Assembly (NCBI GenBank): GCA_023250195.1
Contig: JAHFBF010000007.1
Location: 1,128 to 65,127, forward strand
DNA: 64,000 bases
From: Candidatus Melainabacteria bacterium
GTDB lineage: Bacteria > Cyanobacteriota > Vampirovibrionia > 2-02-FULL-35-15
Direction: 5' to 3'
Part shown: positions 18,943 through 29,392 of the stretch, in pieces
Layout: the number at the start of each line of letters is the position of its first letter
Numbering within the stretch: position 1 is the stretch's first letter
Position numbers and translations under genes: made by a program
Notes under the pieces: generated by a model
The model's database searches: none
What the model was told of the DNA's origin: nothing
Seen by the model: the letters and a program-made list of their open reading frames with translations, nothing else

Positions 18943-19384
18943 TCTGCAAAGTAACAATTCTAAGTTTTTTAACACCTAAACCTGCAGCAGCATCAAGCAC
19001 AGCAACTACATATTTTTGTCTGGATTCTTCATCTGCTCTTACTGCTACCGGGATATCTTTTGAACCCATTTTTTCAAATTCTTTTCTCATAGCATCACTT
19101 ACAAGTCCTTGAATTCTTTCAATCTGAGTTTTGTCATCTGAGACTTTCATACTATTAACTGCAATAATTCCATCTTTGCTGACTTCAACAGTAATTGTTT
19201 TGTTTTGTTGTTCTGCTTTGCCATGCTGTGCTACAGGAGGTTCTACTTTTAGAGAACTTTGATTTATAAGTGGTGCAATTAAAATCATAATAATAAGGAG
19301 TACAAGAAAAACATCTGTCAGAGGAGTAATATTTATCTCCGTAAATATTTGCCTTCCACCAGATCCACTGCTACCAAATGCCAT
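18929..19384 (-). CDS. exbD: Biopolymer transporter ExbD/TolR
   Basis: EINITPLTDVFLVLLIIM and VRADE motifs. Confidence 0.92.
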   Translation of the reverse strand: MAFGSSGSGGRQIFTEINITPLTDVFLVLLIIMILIAPLINQSSLKVEPPVAQHGKAEQQNKTITVEVSKDGIIAVNSMKVSDDKTQIERIQGLVSDAMRKEFEKMGSKDIPVAVRADEESRQKYVVAVLDAAAGLGVKKLRIVTLQNAGR

Positions 19385-19391
19385 ATTATAA

Positions 19392-19468
19392 AAATTGACA
19401 ATTTACAATTGAAAATTGAAAATTAAGGATTTTTTTCCACAATTCTCAATTCTCCATTATCAATTATC
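19392..19468. repeat. Inverted pair of degenerate heptamer arrays (AATTGAA-like then CAATTCT-like)
   Basis: Visible 7-nt periodicity on both sides of a short spacer between exbB and exbD. Confidence 0.6.
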
Positions 19469-19472
19469 CTCC

Positions 19473-20147
19473 TTACCTTCTATATCCTGTTTGCGAAGCC
19501 CCAGTTGGCATTCTGTTTGAAAAGCTTAAAAATAATAGTTTTAAAAGCTGAAAATCTTCTTCAAACCTTCTAACTGTATTCGTATAATAGTTATTCATTA
19601 TTACCGCTAAAATAGCTACAATTAAACCATAGCCTGTAGCAATTAATGCTTTTGCAATACCAATAACAACTTCCTGTGTCTGTCCGCCAGCTTCACCTAA
19701 AACCTGCAGGGTAACTATAACTCCAACGACAGTACCAAATAAGCCAAGGAAAGGCGCAGTAGCACCAATGGTTCCAAGAATTGAAAGATATTTTTCCAGT
19801 TTTCTGCTGACTATATTTACTGTAATATCAAAAGCTCTGGAGAAATCTTCTTTTTCTACTGTAATTAATCGTATCCCTTCTTCTGCAATTTCTCCGACTA
19901 CACCGCCAAGCTGATTTGCAAGTGACTGAGCACCATCCAGGTTCCCTTTTTCAAGCTCTCTCTGAAGCCTTTGGATAAAGGTAGTAACATCTCTTTTATT
20001 TCTAATATAATATAAGGACCGTTCTATAACTACAGCAATTGTAAGGATAGAGCAGATTGTAATTGGCCAAAAAGCGAACCAATCTTGAACCATAAATGCA
20101 AAAAAATATTCAATAAACTTATTTCCGTGTACTGTAGCTGTATCCAT
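19473..20147 (-). CDS. exbB: MotA/TolQ/ExbB proton channel protein
   Basis: APFLGLFGTVVG and GIAKALIATGYGL motifs. Confidence 0.92.
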   Translation of the reverse strand: MDTATVHGNKFIEYFFAFMVQDWFAFWPITICSILTIAVVIERSLYYIRNKRDVTTFIQRLQRELEKGNLDGAQSLANQLGGVVGEIAEEGIRLITVEKEDFSRAFDITVNIVSRKLEKYLSILGTIGATAPFLGLFGTVVGVIVTLQVLGEAGGQTQEVVIGIAKALIATGYGLIVAILAVIMNNYYTNTVRRFEEDFQLLKLLFLSFSNRMPTGASQTGYRR

Positions 20148-20220
20148 ATCGATTATTAATCCTTCCTTCAAAACTTTAACACATTAAGCTGCTCATTTTT
20201 CTCTTCTTATCTTTGATTAT

Positions 20221-21591
20221 CTAGTATCGTCTATAAGATCCACTTGCTCCAAATACATTATAGTCAAATGTAAATTCAATATCTACAGAATTTGGGGCTC
20301 CTTCAGGCAAGCGTGCAAATGGTGCTGCATTTTGAATAGCAAGAAGGGCCGCTTTATCAGATGGTTCAAAACCACTACCTTTTTTAATTAAAAGATTTGA
20401 AAGCTCTCCGCCCTTATTAATTTTAAATGTAACTATAACTCTTTTTGATTCATTGCCTCTTGGAGGCCTCCATGCATGTTTAATCCTGCGTTGTAATTCA
20501 TTCATATATGGACCAAAATCAATATCTTTTTTTGCAGCAATACTCGGTGGTGCAAATGGTTTTGCATTTGGTGGTGGATTTCCTACTGCCCCTAAACCAC
20601 CAGTACCGGTCACCCCGGGAACTCTTGGAGTAACTGCATTTAAACTGCCAGGACTACTGGATTCTGCAGCAGAAGGTGATTCGGGTGCTGGTCCAGCACG
20701 TCCTGGTGAATCCTGATTAGTAGAAGAAGTTTGTGTATTTTGAATCGGTGCAGGCTGTGCTTGAGTCAATGCCGGACGTTCAACTATTTTAGGAACCGGT
20801 CTTGGGGCCTGCTTTGGCTCCGGAGATGCAATCGGTTTTGGCGGAGTAGCAACCATCATCTGTACTACTTTTGGAACAGCAAGTGGTGGACTTGCCGGTC
20901 TTGAAGGAGTAACAGGCGTTACTGGTTTATTCGGAATATGTTTTCCTTGATTAATTGACTGCACTGATGAGCGTCTTGTCGTTTCAGGTGGCGGTGGTTT
21001 TGGAGATTCAACCTGAGGAAGTATAAATTCGATTTCTGTTATTTGCTCCTTATTTTTTGTAGGAATAACAAAAAATAAACTGGTTAAAAACAAAAGTATA
21101 AAAATAATTGAATGAAGAATATATGAACTTGCTGTAGATTCTGAGAAGCGAAAATTCGTGGAGTCCGTACTAATTATTTTGTAATCAAACTGCTGATTGA
21201 CTTTTTCAGCATCAAGATAAGCATCAACCATGCTGTATATTACAAAACTGATGATTGTTAGAACTAACAAATATGAAAATGATCCTCCAAATTTAATTGA
21301 ATTCATTAGGAATTCTGCAGCAGGCGAAGGATGGAAGTTAAACTTAAAAATAAATCCTAAAAGAAATTGACATATAGCCAGTATTACAAGTGCAAAATCA
21401 AGTGTTGCAGGAGGATTAAGCGAACCATAAAGCATTGAAAGGCTGATAAATGTTGCAAGTAGAAATACAATTCCTTTTGCGGTTTTACCATTATAAAGCT
21501 GACCAACACCAGGAACAATAGAATAAAAAGCAACAATTAGTGGTTCTGTTCCTTTGCTTTTAGGTTTTTGTTCAAATAAAATACTTGTCAT
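20221..21591 (-). CDS. TonB/TolA family protein with extra N-terminal membrane domain
   Basis: Pro-rich linker; C-terminal YMNELQRRIKHAWRPP...DKAALLAIQNAAPF; N-terminal VPGVGQLYNG and several TM segments. Confidence 0.85.
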   Translation of the reverse strand: MTSILFEQKPKSKGTEPLIVAFYSIVPGVGQLYNGKTAKGIVFLLATFISLSMLYGSLNPPATLDFALVILAICQFLLGFIFKFNFHPSPAAEFLMNSIKFGGSFSYLLVLTIISFVIYSMVDAYLDAEKVNQQFDYKIISTDSTNFRFSESTASSYILHSIIFILLFLTSLFFVIPTKNKEQITEIEFILPQVESPKPPPPETTRRSSVQSINQGKHIPNKPVTPVTPSRPASPPLAVPKVVQMMVATPPKPIASPEPKQAPRPVPKIVERPALTQAQPAPIQNTQTSSTNQDSPGRAGPAPESPSAAESSSPGSLNAVTPRVPGVTGTGGLGAVGNPPPNAKPFAPPSIAAKKDIDFGPYMNELQRRIKHAWRPPRGNESKRVIVTFKINKGGELSNLLIKKGSGFEPSDKAALLAIQNAAPFARLPEGAPNSVDIEFTFDYNVFGASGSYRRY

Positions 21592-21636
21592 TTTTTTCAG
21601 CTTAACGATACCCCAAATAGCTTATCTTACAGCAGA

Positions 21637-22131
21637 TTAATCAATCTGAATTTTGATAGGAGAACCCTGCGGTAGTACAGAACCAGGTAACTCTATTGAA
21701 TCCTGTGAATTATGAAAAATTGCGCCTAGTACATTTGTTTTTGTTTGTTTGTATAAAGTTTTTCCAATTTTTCCAGAGATCCCGCCAATTTGGCCACTTA
21801 TATTTGAACTTAAGTTTGATTTTGCAATAACCTGTTGAATCTTGCCTTCAGAATTTTGAGTAGTATTAAAATAAATCACATACCCGGAATCTTCTTTATT
21901 CAGCTTCCCTATAAACCTTGTACCTTTTTGGAGTTTCTTGCCATCTGGTAACATCTGCTCTAAAAGGGAAATGGCATAAACCTGTTCCGGAGGATTATTT
22001 AAATCAATCTGATACTGCAAAACTGCAGAGACAGTCGCTTTTTTTAAATATTGAGTATAACCATAAGCAAAAATTCCAAGAGTCAGAATCAAAGCTAACA
22101 TCATTCCTAATTTGCTTTTAGTAATGTTCAT
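21637..22131 (-). CDS. Membrane-anchored hypothetical protein, TrbI/VirB10-like beta domain
   Basis: N-terminal TM; KGTRFIGKL...LPQGSPIKIQI pattern shared with 26010-26783 and 61376-62458. Confidence 0.55.
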   Translation of the reverse strand: MNITKSKLGMMLALILTLGIFAYGYTQYLKKATVSAVLQYQIDLNNPPEQVYAISLLEQMLPDGKKLQKGTRFIGKLNKEDSGYVIYFNTTQNSEGKIQQVIAKSNLSSNISGQIGGISGKIGKTLYKQTKTNVLGAIFHNSQDSIELPGSVLPQGSPIKIQID

Positions 22132-22133
22132 AT

Positions 22134-22610
22134 TTATCCTATTTGATAAATAAATTCTATTTCCACAAGTGCATTTAAAGGCAGCTCAGCAATACCTAAA
22201 GCAGATCTCACATGTTTTCCATTTTCACCAAAGACACTTACCAGTAAATCAGATGCTCCATTTATTACTTTTGACTGATCGGTAAAACCAGCACTACTAT
22301 TAACAAATCCTGTAACCTTTACTACTCTTTTTACTTTAGATAGACTCCCTAAAGCATTTTTTACTGCACTTAGAGAATTTAATGTGGCTAATTTGCTCGC
22401 TTCATATCCAGTTTCAATTACATTATTCTTTTCACCCATTTTCCCAGTGTAAACTACTTTTCCGTTTTCCATTGGCAATGTACCTGATGTATACAAAAAG
22501 TTTGAAACAATTAATGTCGGGATATAACTTGCAACTGGCTTTGGAACCTCAGGCAGGGACAACCCCATTTCTTTTAATTTAGCTTCCGGGTCTTTTTCTA
22601 GTTCTAGCAT
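22134..22610 (-). CDS. RidA/YjgF family protein
   Basis: PKPVASYIP, VVKVTGFVNS, INGASDLL, GKHVRSA and VEIE motifs. Confidence 0.92.
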   Translation of the reverse strand: MLELEKDPEAKLKEMGLSLPEVPKPVASYIPTLIVSNFLYTSGTLPMENGKVVYTGKMGEKNNVIETGYEASKLATLNSLSAVKNALGSLSKVKRVVKVTGFVNSSAGFTDQSKVINGASDLLVSVFGENGKHVRSALGIAELPLNALVEIEFIYQIG

Positions 22611-22759
22611 ATATCCTCCAAGTAATTAATTTCTATCATTTAACAGTTTACCTCATCTTTTAAGTTAGGGCTATTTCCATATTTAAAAATCATTTAATTC
22701 TACTTATTACCGATTACTTTCTATGAGCTTTTTACTTTTCTTTAACAAAAAGTAATTTG

Positions 22760-22831
22760 ACGACAAAGGCAAACCACAAGAAATTGTGGGACGCAAAACT
22801 ACAGGCCCAAGTGGGTGGCTGAGTTACCGAA
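22760..22831 (+). ncRNA. Cyclic-di-GMP-I (GEMM) riboswitch
   Basis: GGCAAACC-ACAA-GAAA-TTGT-GGGACGCAAAAC...GTTACCGA matches the GEMM layout (GAAA tetraloop; G at the ligand-selecting position). Confidence 0.85.
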
Positions 22832-22837
22832 TCAAAT

Positions 22838-24175
22838 ATGAACAAAATCAGAGACCAGAGACCAGAGACCAGAGATCAGAGAATAGGGAACAGAAAAAAA
22901 TCTGTTTTTTGTTTTTTGTCTTCTGTTTTCTGTCTTATATTTTCTCTCTTTTGTTCTCAGCTCTCAGCCCTCAGCTCTGATCTCTCAAATGACTATGATT
23001 CTTTGATCGTAAAACCAAAAGAAATATTTATAAAATCCAAAAGAGCAGGCAGATTAATGTATAAATATGCCGGTCACAACTATCAAAGAATAAATGATAG
23101 TATTTATTTAATCCCTTTAAATGAAAATGATACGGCTGAAACTAAAAAACAAAAAATTGAAGCATTACAACAAAGCGGAGCCTTTGAATTAATTGAACCT
23201 GACTATAAGCTGGCGTTAGACCAGGAAAGAATTTATACGACTATAACCAGGCACTCAGAAACAGAACAACCCAATTTACCAGCAAATATAAGTGAGCCAA
23301 AAGAAGTCACACCAAATGACAAAGATTTTACTGCTCAATACTATTTAAAAATAGTAAATGCACCAAAAGCATGGGGAATTACAACCGGCAATTCATTATC
23401 AGTTGGAGTCCTCGATACTGGTGTAGATGCAAATCACCCGGATCTAAATGGCAAAATATCAAGCGGTTCTGGGGCAGATGACATAGATCTAAACGATACT
23501 ATTGGACATGGAACAGAAGTTAGCGGGATTATTGCAGCAAACACAAATAATAATCAGGGGATTGCCGGCGTATCCTGGAATACAAAAATTGTATCTTTAA
23601 AAATTACAGATGATTTTGGTCAAGCAAGAGTATCAAGTTTAGTCAGTGCACTGGAACAGGCATATCAAAAAGGCGTAAAGATTGTACATATCAGCTTAAG
23701 TACAAATCAATTTTCTCAGACCTTAAAAGATGCTATTAAAGAAGCTCACGACAGAGGGATTTTAATTATTTCAACCACAGGAAATTCAGGCATTGAAGAA
23801 CTAAGATATCCTGCAGCATTTAACGGGGTAATTGGAGTGGGTGCTGTTGATGAAACAAAGCAGCTGGAGTTTTACAGCACAACAGGTGAACATGTAAGCT
23901 TAGTTGCCCCAGGTGCATCAATTTATACCACTTCACTAAATTCTACCTATACCAAAGTTACAGGAACATCATTCGCAGCACCACAGGTATCAGGGGCTGC
24001 AGCATTAATATGGTCTATTGCACCAAATTTAACAAATGATGAAATAAGAAATATTTTAATCAGTTCAGCTGATGACTTAGGAGATCCCAGCAAAGATAAA
24101 CAATACGGCTATGGATTATTAAACATTGAAAAGGCTGCTGAAATGGCAAAAGCAAAATCTATAAGCAATCAATAA
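22838..24175 (+). CDS. Secreted S8 (subtilisin/thermitase-like) serine peptidase
   Basis: Catalytic triad motifs VLDTG, HGTEVSG and GTSFAAP; N-terminus built from heptamer repeats. Confidence 0.93.
   Translation: MNKIRDQRPETRDQRIGNRKKSVFCFLSSVFCLIFSLFCSQLSALSSDLSNDYDSLIVKPKEIFIKSKRAGRLMYKYAGHNYQRINDSIYLIPLNENDTAETKKQKIEALQQSGAFELIEPDYKLALDQERIYTTITRHSETEQPNLPANISEPKEVTPNDKDFTAQYYLKIVNAPKAWGITTGNSLSVGVLDTGVDANHPDLNGKISSGSGADDIDLNDTIGHGTEVSGIIAANTNNNQGIAGVSWNTKIVSLKITDDFGQARVSSLVSALEQAYQKGVKIVHISLSTNQFSQTLKDAIKEAHDRGILIISTTGNSGIEELRYPAAFNGVIGVGAVDETKQLEFYSTTGEHVSLVAPGASIYTTSLNSTYTKVTGTSFAAPQVSGAAALIWSIAPNLTNDEIRNILISSADDLGDPSKDKQYGYGLLNIEKAAEMAKAKSISNQ
22848..22980. repeat. Heptamer arrays (CAGAGAC)n / (TTCTGTY)n / (CAGCTCT)n in the subtilase 5' end
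   Basis: Direct 7-nt periodicity; the first two arrays are roughly complementary. Confidence 0.8.
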
Positions 24176-24180
24176 TTTCC

Positions 24181-24212
24181 CTGTAGGTACGTAGCATGCT
24201 ACGTACCTACAG
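24181..24212. repeat. Perfect 32 bp GTAG palindrome overlapping the purQ stop codon
   Basis: CTGTAGGTACGTAGCATGCTACGTACCTACAG; near-identical to 62455-62482; lies between convergent genes. Confidence 0.92.
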
Positions 24213-24882
24213 AACATTGCATTATAATACTCTCAAATAACCTTTTACCATCTTCACCACCAAGAATACTTTCACAAACTCTTTCGGGATGCGGCATAAG
24301 TCCAAGCACATTTCCTTTTTTATTTATAATACCTGCAATATTTTCTATAGAACCATTTGGATTCGATTCTTCAGTTATCTTTCCATTTTTATCACAGTAC
24401 TGAAAAACAATTTGATCTTTATTTATATTTTTTGAAATATAACATCCATCTCCATGAGCAATTGGAAGTTTTATAATTTCACCTTCTTTATATAGACTTG
24501 TGAAACTGGTTTTATTATTTACGACTTTAAGATAGATTTCATCACAAATAAAACTTCTGGACTTATTTGTAGTTAAAGCCCCTTCAAGTAAATCCATTTC
24601 ACATAAAATTTGAAATCCATTGCATATGCCTATTACAAGACCACCTTTATTTGCAAAATCAATTATTGGATTTACAATCTTTGAAAACCTTGCTATAGCA
24701 CCCGATCTTAAGTAATCACCATAGCTAAATCCCCCTGGAAGAATCACACAATCTGTTTCCTTTGGTAAGGAAGCTTCGTCATGAAACATCTCCACGACAT
24801 CTTGTTTCAGAATATTCTTCAAGACATAAACACAGTCTTTGTCACAATTTGAGCCTGGGAATGTGATGACAGCAAATTTCAT
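24199..24882 (-). CDS. purQ: Phosphoribosylformylglycinamidine synthase subunit PurQ
   Basis: [24 protein letters not shown] and MPHPER motifs. Confidence 0.98.
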   Translation of the reverse strand: MKFAVITFPGSNCDKDCVYVLKNILKQDVVEMFHDEASLPKETDCVILPGGFSYGDYLRSGAIARFSKIVNPIIDFANKGGLVIGICNGFQILCEMDLLEGALTTNKSRSFICDEIYLKVVNNKTSFTSLYKEGEIIKLPIAHGDGCYISKNINKDQIVFQYCDKNGKITEESNPNGSIENIAGIINKKGNVLGLMPHPERVCESILGGEDGKRLFESIIMQCSVGT

Positions 24883-24915
24883 AGCTTAATTTTAACATCT
24901 GCTACAATATCTCTC

Positions 24916-26013
24916 ATGCTAAGTAAATCTACTATCTTTACCCGTCCATGGAAAGGAATCATTGATTGCTACAGCACATATTTACCTGTAAACAATAAAA
25001 CACCTATCATTACTTTAAATGAAGGAAATACCCCTTTAATTTTTGCACCACATATAACCAAACTCTGTAATATTCCTGGTCTGGCTGTTTATATAAAAGT
25101 AGAAGGTGCAAATCCTACAGGAAGTTTCAAAGATCGTGGAATGACTGTAGCCGTGAGTAAAGCAATTGAAGAAAAATCTAAAGCAATTATTTGTGCAAGC
25201 ACAGGAAATACCAGTGCAAGTGCTGCTGCTTATGCTGCATGCGCCAGAGCAAATGGATATAAAATGGATTGTTTTGTTTTAGTACCAAAAGGATATGTAG
25301 CACTTGGAAAACTTTCACAGGCAATGATTTATGGAGCAAAGGTAGTACAGGTAGCAGGAAATTTTGATGAAGCACTAAAACTTGTAAGAGACATTGTAAA
25401 ACAGTATCCAATTACATTAGTTAATTCAGTAAACCCATACAGAATTGAAGGACAAAAAACAGGAGCCTTTGAAGTCTGTGAACAGCTCGGAAGAGCACCT
25501 GATATTTTATCTATCCCTGTAGGAAATGCAGGAAACATAACTGCATACTGGAAAGGATTTTGTGAATACTTAAGAAATGACAATAGACCAAAGATGATTG
25601 GCTTTGAAGCAAGTGGTGCTGCCCCAATAGTCCATAATAAAATTATTGAGAAGCCTGAAACTATTGCAACTGCAATTAGAATTGGAAATCCGGCAAGCTG
25701 GGAACAGGCAGTAAATGCAGCACAGGAATCCGGTGGCTTTATAGATATGGTTACCGATGAAGAAATAATTCAGGCATACAAACTTTTACACCAAAGCGAA
25801 GGAATAGCATGTGAACCGGCAAGCGCAGCATCAGTAGCAGGACTTATTAAATCTGCAAAAGCAAATAAAATTTCCCCTGAGTCTACAGTAGTATGTGTTT
25901 TAACTGGAAACGGTTTAAAAGATCCTGACAGTGCAATAAAATATTCTGAGCAGGAAAGAATAGAAGTAAAGCCTGATTTAAAAGAGATCGCAGAACTGTT
26001 AGGTTTCAATTAA
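24916..26013 (+). CDS. thrC: Threonine synthase
   Basis: [30 protein letters not shown] and TGNGLKD motifs. Confidence 0.97.
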   Translation: MLSKSTIFTRPWKGIIDCYSTYLPVNNKTPIITLNEGNTPLIFAPHITKLCNIPGLAVYIKVEGANPTGSFKDRGMTVAVSKAIEEKSKAIICASTGNTSASAAAYAACARANGYKMDCFVLVPKGYVALGKLSQAMIYGAKVVQVAGNFDEALKLVRDIVKQYPITLVNSVNPYRIEGQKTGAFEVCEQLGRAPDILSIPVGNAGNITAYWKGFCEYLRNDNRPKMIGFEASGAAPIVHNKIIEKPETIATAIRIGNPASWEQAVNAAQESGGFIDMVTDEEIIQAYKLLHQSEGIACEPASAASVAGLIKSAKANKISPESTVVCVLTGNGLKDPDSAIKYSEQERIEVKPDLKEIAELLGFN

Positions 26014-26783
26014 TTTCTTTGTGGTACTACTACCTGCAAAGATTGATCAAGCAAAACCGGAACTTGAGTTCCACTTTGTATAATTAGCTCTTTACCTTTA
26101 GATACAATAGCCCCAAGAGCACCGGCTCCACCACCAATCGCTGCACCAGACCATGCACCACGACCTGGCATTCCACCAGCAATAGCTCCTATAGCAGTTC
26201 CTAAAGCTGCTCCAAGCCCTGCACCAACAGCAGCTTTTCCAACTCCTTTAGCAAGTCTTGATCCACCAGTTTCAGCCTGAAGTTTAAATTGTGTTGTGTC
26301 TACTGAAGCACTTAAAGGATATCTTTGTCCATCCGGTGTTTGTATAGAAGTAAATCTAATTTCTAAAACACCCCCTGAACCAGCCATGAACCTTGCAGCA
26401 GGAATTGAATTTACTACCTGTCCAATAATCTGACTACCTGATGGTATAACAACATCAGAACCAACTACAAGTGGACTCGAGACACTTGCAGTAACAATAT
26501 CTCCAACTCGATTTATCCCGGAACTTAAAGTACTTACCAATGAAGCATCAAATCTAGATCCTGCAGGTGCAATTACAACCTTCCCTCTTAATGGTCGGTT
26601 TGGGGTACCAACTCCTGCTCCACGATTTCCCTGAACAGGTTGATCATATGATTCATCTAATTCCTGAGGATCCTGATAACCAGTTTGAGCAAAAACACAA
26701 GAATTATATAGAACAAGTAGACTTAAAAATAAAATTGGTAATTTAGTTAATGTTTTCATGGTTGTATTTTCCTTATTTCTCAT
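26010..26783 (-). CDS. Exported protein with TrbI/VirB10-like beta domain and glycine zipper
   Basis: Signal peptide; [20 protein letters not shown] and [17 protein letters not shown] motifs. Confidence 0.7.
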   Translation of the reverse strand: MRNKENTTMKTLTKLPILFLSLLVLYNSCVFAQTGYQDPQELDESYDQPVQGNRGAGVGTPNRPLRGKVVIAPAGSRFDASLVSTLSSGINRVGDIVTASVSSPLVVGSDVVIPSGSQIIGQVVNSIPAARFMAGSGGVLEIRFTSIQTPDGQRYPLSASVDTTQFKLQAETGGSRLAKGVGKAAVGAGLGAALGTAIGAIAGGMPGRGAWSGAAIGGGAGALGAIVSKGKELIIQSGTQVPVLLDQSLQVVVPQRN

Positions 26784-26815
26784 AACGTATGATTATATTA
26801 TAAATCTTGAATAAA

Positions 26816-27211
26816 CTACGCATTTATTATTGTATAGTCATGAAAGGATATTTGTGTCTCTTTACATATTTTTAATAAATTAAGCAGGTCAACCGGTTCA
26901 TTCTCTCCAGCAACAATTATCATGTATAAACTTTCTTTACTGCCAAATTTTGAAATAATCATGAGTCCTGATTCATTCAAAAGTGAATAAGTATGAAATT
27001 CATTAGAAAACAAATTTGAACCTATTAACTCTAGCAGAGATTCTGATTTAACCATATTTTGCACTTGTGTCAGGTAGCTCTCACTTGAAGTATTTCTGTG
27101 CTCTTTCAGCACCTGGTTGTTTTTTATAAAATAAACAATATCAATACCTGCAATATCTTTAATTTTAGTGATGATTTCATTAAAGAATTGATCCTGATTT
27201 TCAATAATCAT
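26816..27211 (-). CDS. Hypothetical protein (possibly roadblock-like fold)
   Basis: 131 aa ORF in operon-like order; the fold guess is weak. Confidence 0.55.
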   Translation of the reverse strand: MIIENQDQFFNEIITKIKDIAGIDIVYFIKNNQVLKEHRNTSSESYLTQVQNMVKSESLLELIGSNLFSNEFHTYSLLNESGLMIISKFGSKESLYMIIVAGENEPVDLLNLLKICKETQISFHDYTIINA

Positions 27212-27213
27212 TT

Positions 27214-27843
27214 TTACTTTAACTCTTTTTTATTTTTTTTATTTTTTGTTTCTGTTTTACTGGAGGGATTACTATCCTGTGATTTTTCAGCTCCTTTAAT
27301 TTCTTTATCTTCTGTTTTTTTAGGAGCACTTTCAATCATTTTAATTTCTAAAATATCTACCCATGGTTCATCCAGAGCTGCACTAAATACTTCACCATAA
27401 ATCTCCAACAGATCACCTTCTTCCAACTCTCGAATGATTTGATTTTCTTTTGCCTCTTTTACAGGATAAGCAAGTTTTAATTCCGAAAGCGGTATTTTAC
27501 TGTCAGATCTAAAAATACAAATTGAGATGTACTCCTTGGAAGCTCTCATAGCTGGTTTATAGTCCAGCGCCAGCGTAGTGAAAGAACTAAATTTTCCTCT
27601 GAATTTTATCTTCTTCTTAATATAATCCTGAGGCTTTTCAAGAAGCACTCCAATTAAAATAGGCTGAAAATCAGCTTCATTTATAGGCTCTTTTTTTTCT
27701 TTGGCTGTTTCTTCTTTTTTATCTTCTGTATTTTTTTTTACTTTAGCAATTAAGAACTTAGAGTCATAACTGAGAGCTGAAAGAGAAGATGTGAAGAAAC
27801 AAAGGAGACAAAGAATAGAAAATATATGCCTTTCATGCTTCAT
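27214..27843 (-). CDS. Exported hypothetical protein (OB-fold-like)
   Basis: Signal peptide; KKIKFRGKF...EGDLLEIYGEV pattern. Start moved to 27843, which shortens the coaBC overlap to 11 bp. Confidence 0.65.
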   Translation of the reverse strand: MKHERHIFSILCLLCFFTSSLSALSYDSKFLIAKVKKNTEDKKEETAKEKKEPINEADFQPILIGVLLEKPQDYIKKKIKFRGKFSSFTTLALDYKPAMRASKEYISICIFRSDSKIPLSELKLAYPVKEAKENQIIRELEEGDLLEIYGEVFSAALDEPWVDILEIKMIESAPKKTEDKEIKGAEKSQDSNPSSKTETKNKKNKKELK

Positions 27844-29068
27844 GCTTAGTGCCTCGTGATTCTTTCTTTGTAGGAGTTTCAAAAATATCAACCAACTTAT
27901 TACAAATATGCCTTGCTATTTGAATTTTTGATTGTCTTTGAAGAACTTCTTTACTTCCATCCCTGGTTAATATAATAACTGCGTTTTCATCTGCTCCAAA
28001 ACCAATGTCAGGAATTGTTATATCATTTGCAATTATCATATCTATTTTTTTCTTTTGAAGTTTTTCTATTGCATTTTTTTCAATATTTTCAGATTCAGCA
28101 GAAAAGCCAACTATTACCTGCTTCTCACGTTTTGTACGACCAAGAATTTCCAGGATATCAGGATTTCTTGTTAATTCAATTGTAATATCTTCGTTTTTCT
28201 TTTTAATTTTTTGTTTTGATGTTGTAATAGGTCTGAAATCACTTACTGCAGCAGCCATAATTAATGCATCTGCTTTATCAAACTCAGATTCAATCACTTC
28301 CTGCATTTCCTGTGCAGACTCTACCTCTATTACCTGATAATTACGATCTACAGATACAGTGGAAACAAGTACTACTTCTGCTCCCATACTGTTTACCACA
28401 TCAGCTAATGCAAGTCCCATTTTTCCGGAACTCCTGTTTCCAATAAACCTTACCGGATCAATTACTTCGCGTGTACCGCCGGCAGTAACAATAATTTTTT
28501 TCCCGAGAAAGGGTTTAGTTTCAGAGTCTCCATATAGAATAGTTTTAATTATTTTTTCGTTTGGAGCAATATGTCCAATTCCTGAATAGCCACAGACTAA
28601 ATCTCCATCTTCAGGCGGAATTATCTTATGCCCTAACTTAGTAACAAGAGTCTCAATATTTTTTTGAGTGGTGAAATGCTCCCACATATTGGTATTCATA
28701 GCCGGTGCAATATAAACCGGTGCACGGGTTGCAAGCAAAATACTTGTTATTAACTCATCAGAGATTCCACATGCCATCTTTGCAATAATATCAGCAGTCG
28801 CCGGTGCCAGTAAAACCAAGTCAGCACTGTCAGCCAGTTCTATGTGTACTGGTTTACTTTGAATTTCAGGAGAAAACATTTCACAGTAAACATTGTTTGA
28901 AGATAGAACTTTTAGCGGGAGCTCGTTAATAAAATGCCTGGCATCTTTTGTTAAAACTACAGTAACAGAATGTCCCAGCCTCTTTAATTCTTTTACAAGA
29001 TCATACATCTTGTAAGCTGCTATGCCAGCACTTATACCCAGGACTATATTTTTTGATTGACTTGTCAT
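27833..29068 (-). CDS. coaBC: Phosphopantothenoylcysteine decarboxylase/ligase
   Basis: GIAAYK, APATAD, PAMNTNMW, TAGGTRE..DPVRFIGNRSSGKMG and AAVSDF motifs. Confidence 0.97.
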   Translation of the reverse strand: MTSQSKNIVLGISAGIAAYKMYDLVKELKRLGHSVTVVLTKDARHFINELPLKVLSSNNVYCEMFSPEIQSKPVHIELADSADLVLLAPATADIIAKMACGISDELITSILLATRAPVYIAPAMNTNMWEHFTTQKNIETLVTKLGHKIIPPEDGDLVCGYSGIGHIAPNEKIIKTILYGDSETKPFLGKKIIVTAGGTREVIDPVRFIGNRSSGKMGLALADVVNSMGAEVVLVSTVSVDRNYQVIEVESAQEMQEVIESEFDKADALIMAAAVSDFRPITTSKQKIKKKNEDITIELTRNPDILEILGRTKREKQVIVGFSAESENIEKNAIEKLQKKKIDMIIANDITIPDIGFGADENAVIILTRDGSKEVLQRQSKIQIARHICNKLVDIFETPTKKESRGTKHEA

Positions 29069-29085
29069 AAAGTTGCTTGGAAATT

Positions 29086-29283
29086 CTATCTACTGTTTAC
29101 AAGGAGTGTTCCATCTTTTTGAGCAGCAATTTCCTGAAGAGCCTGAATGACAGGATTAGTAGTTCCTTCAAGTTCTTTTGTTTCTTCTTTAATTTGTTTT
29201 GCTAACTGAGCTACTTTTAAAACCGAATCATATCTGTTTCCTGATTCTTCCAGTAAATCACTTAACAATTTATTTATTGACAT
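29086..29283 (-). CDS. rpoZ: RNA polymerase omega subunit
   Basis: NRYDSVLKVAQLAKQI and PVIQALQEI motifs; gmk-rpoZ-coaBC synteny. Confidence 0.85.
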   Translation of the reverse strand: MSINKLLSDLLEESGNRYDSVLKVAQLAKQIKEETKELEGTTNPVIQALQEIAAQKDGTLLVNSR

Positions 29284-29308
29284 TTTTGATTATCCCTTTT
29301 TTTTATTT

Positions 29309-29382
29309 GAAAACATTTAGGCTTAAATGTTTTCTCTCCTTACCGGCGCTCAAAAAATTGCTCATCGCAATTTTCTTCGCTT
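29309..29382. repeat. Two stem-loops between gmk and rpoZ (11 bp perfect IR and an AGCGAAG-hairpin-GAGCG element)
   Basis: GAAAACATTTA-GGCT-TAAATGTTTTC at 29309-29334; 29347-29382 resembles the 49902/56100 element architecture. Confidence 0.5.
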
Positions 29383-29392
29383 ATACATATCT

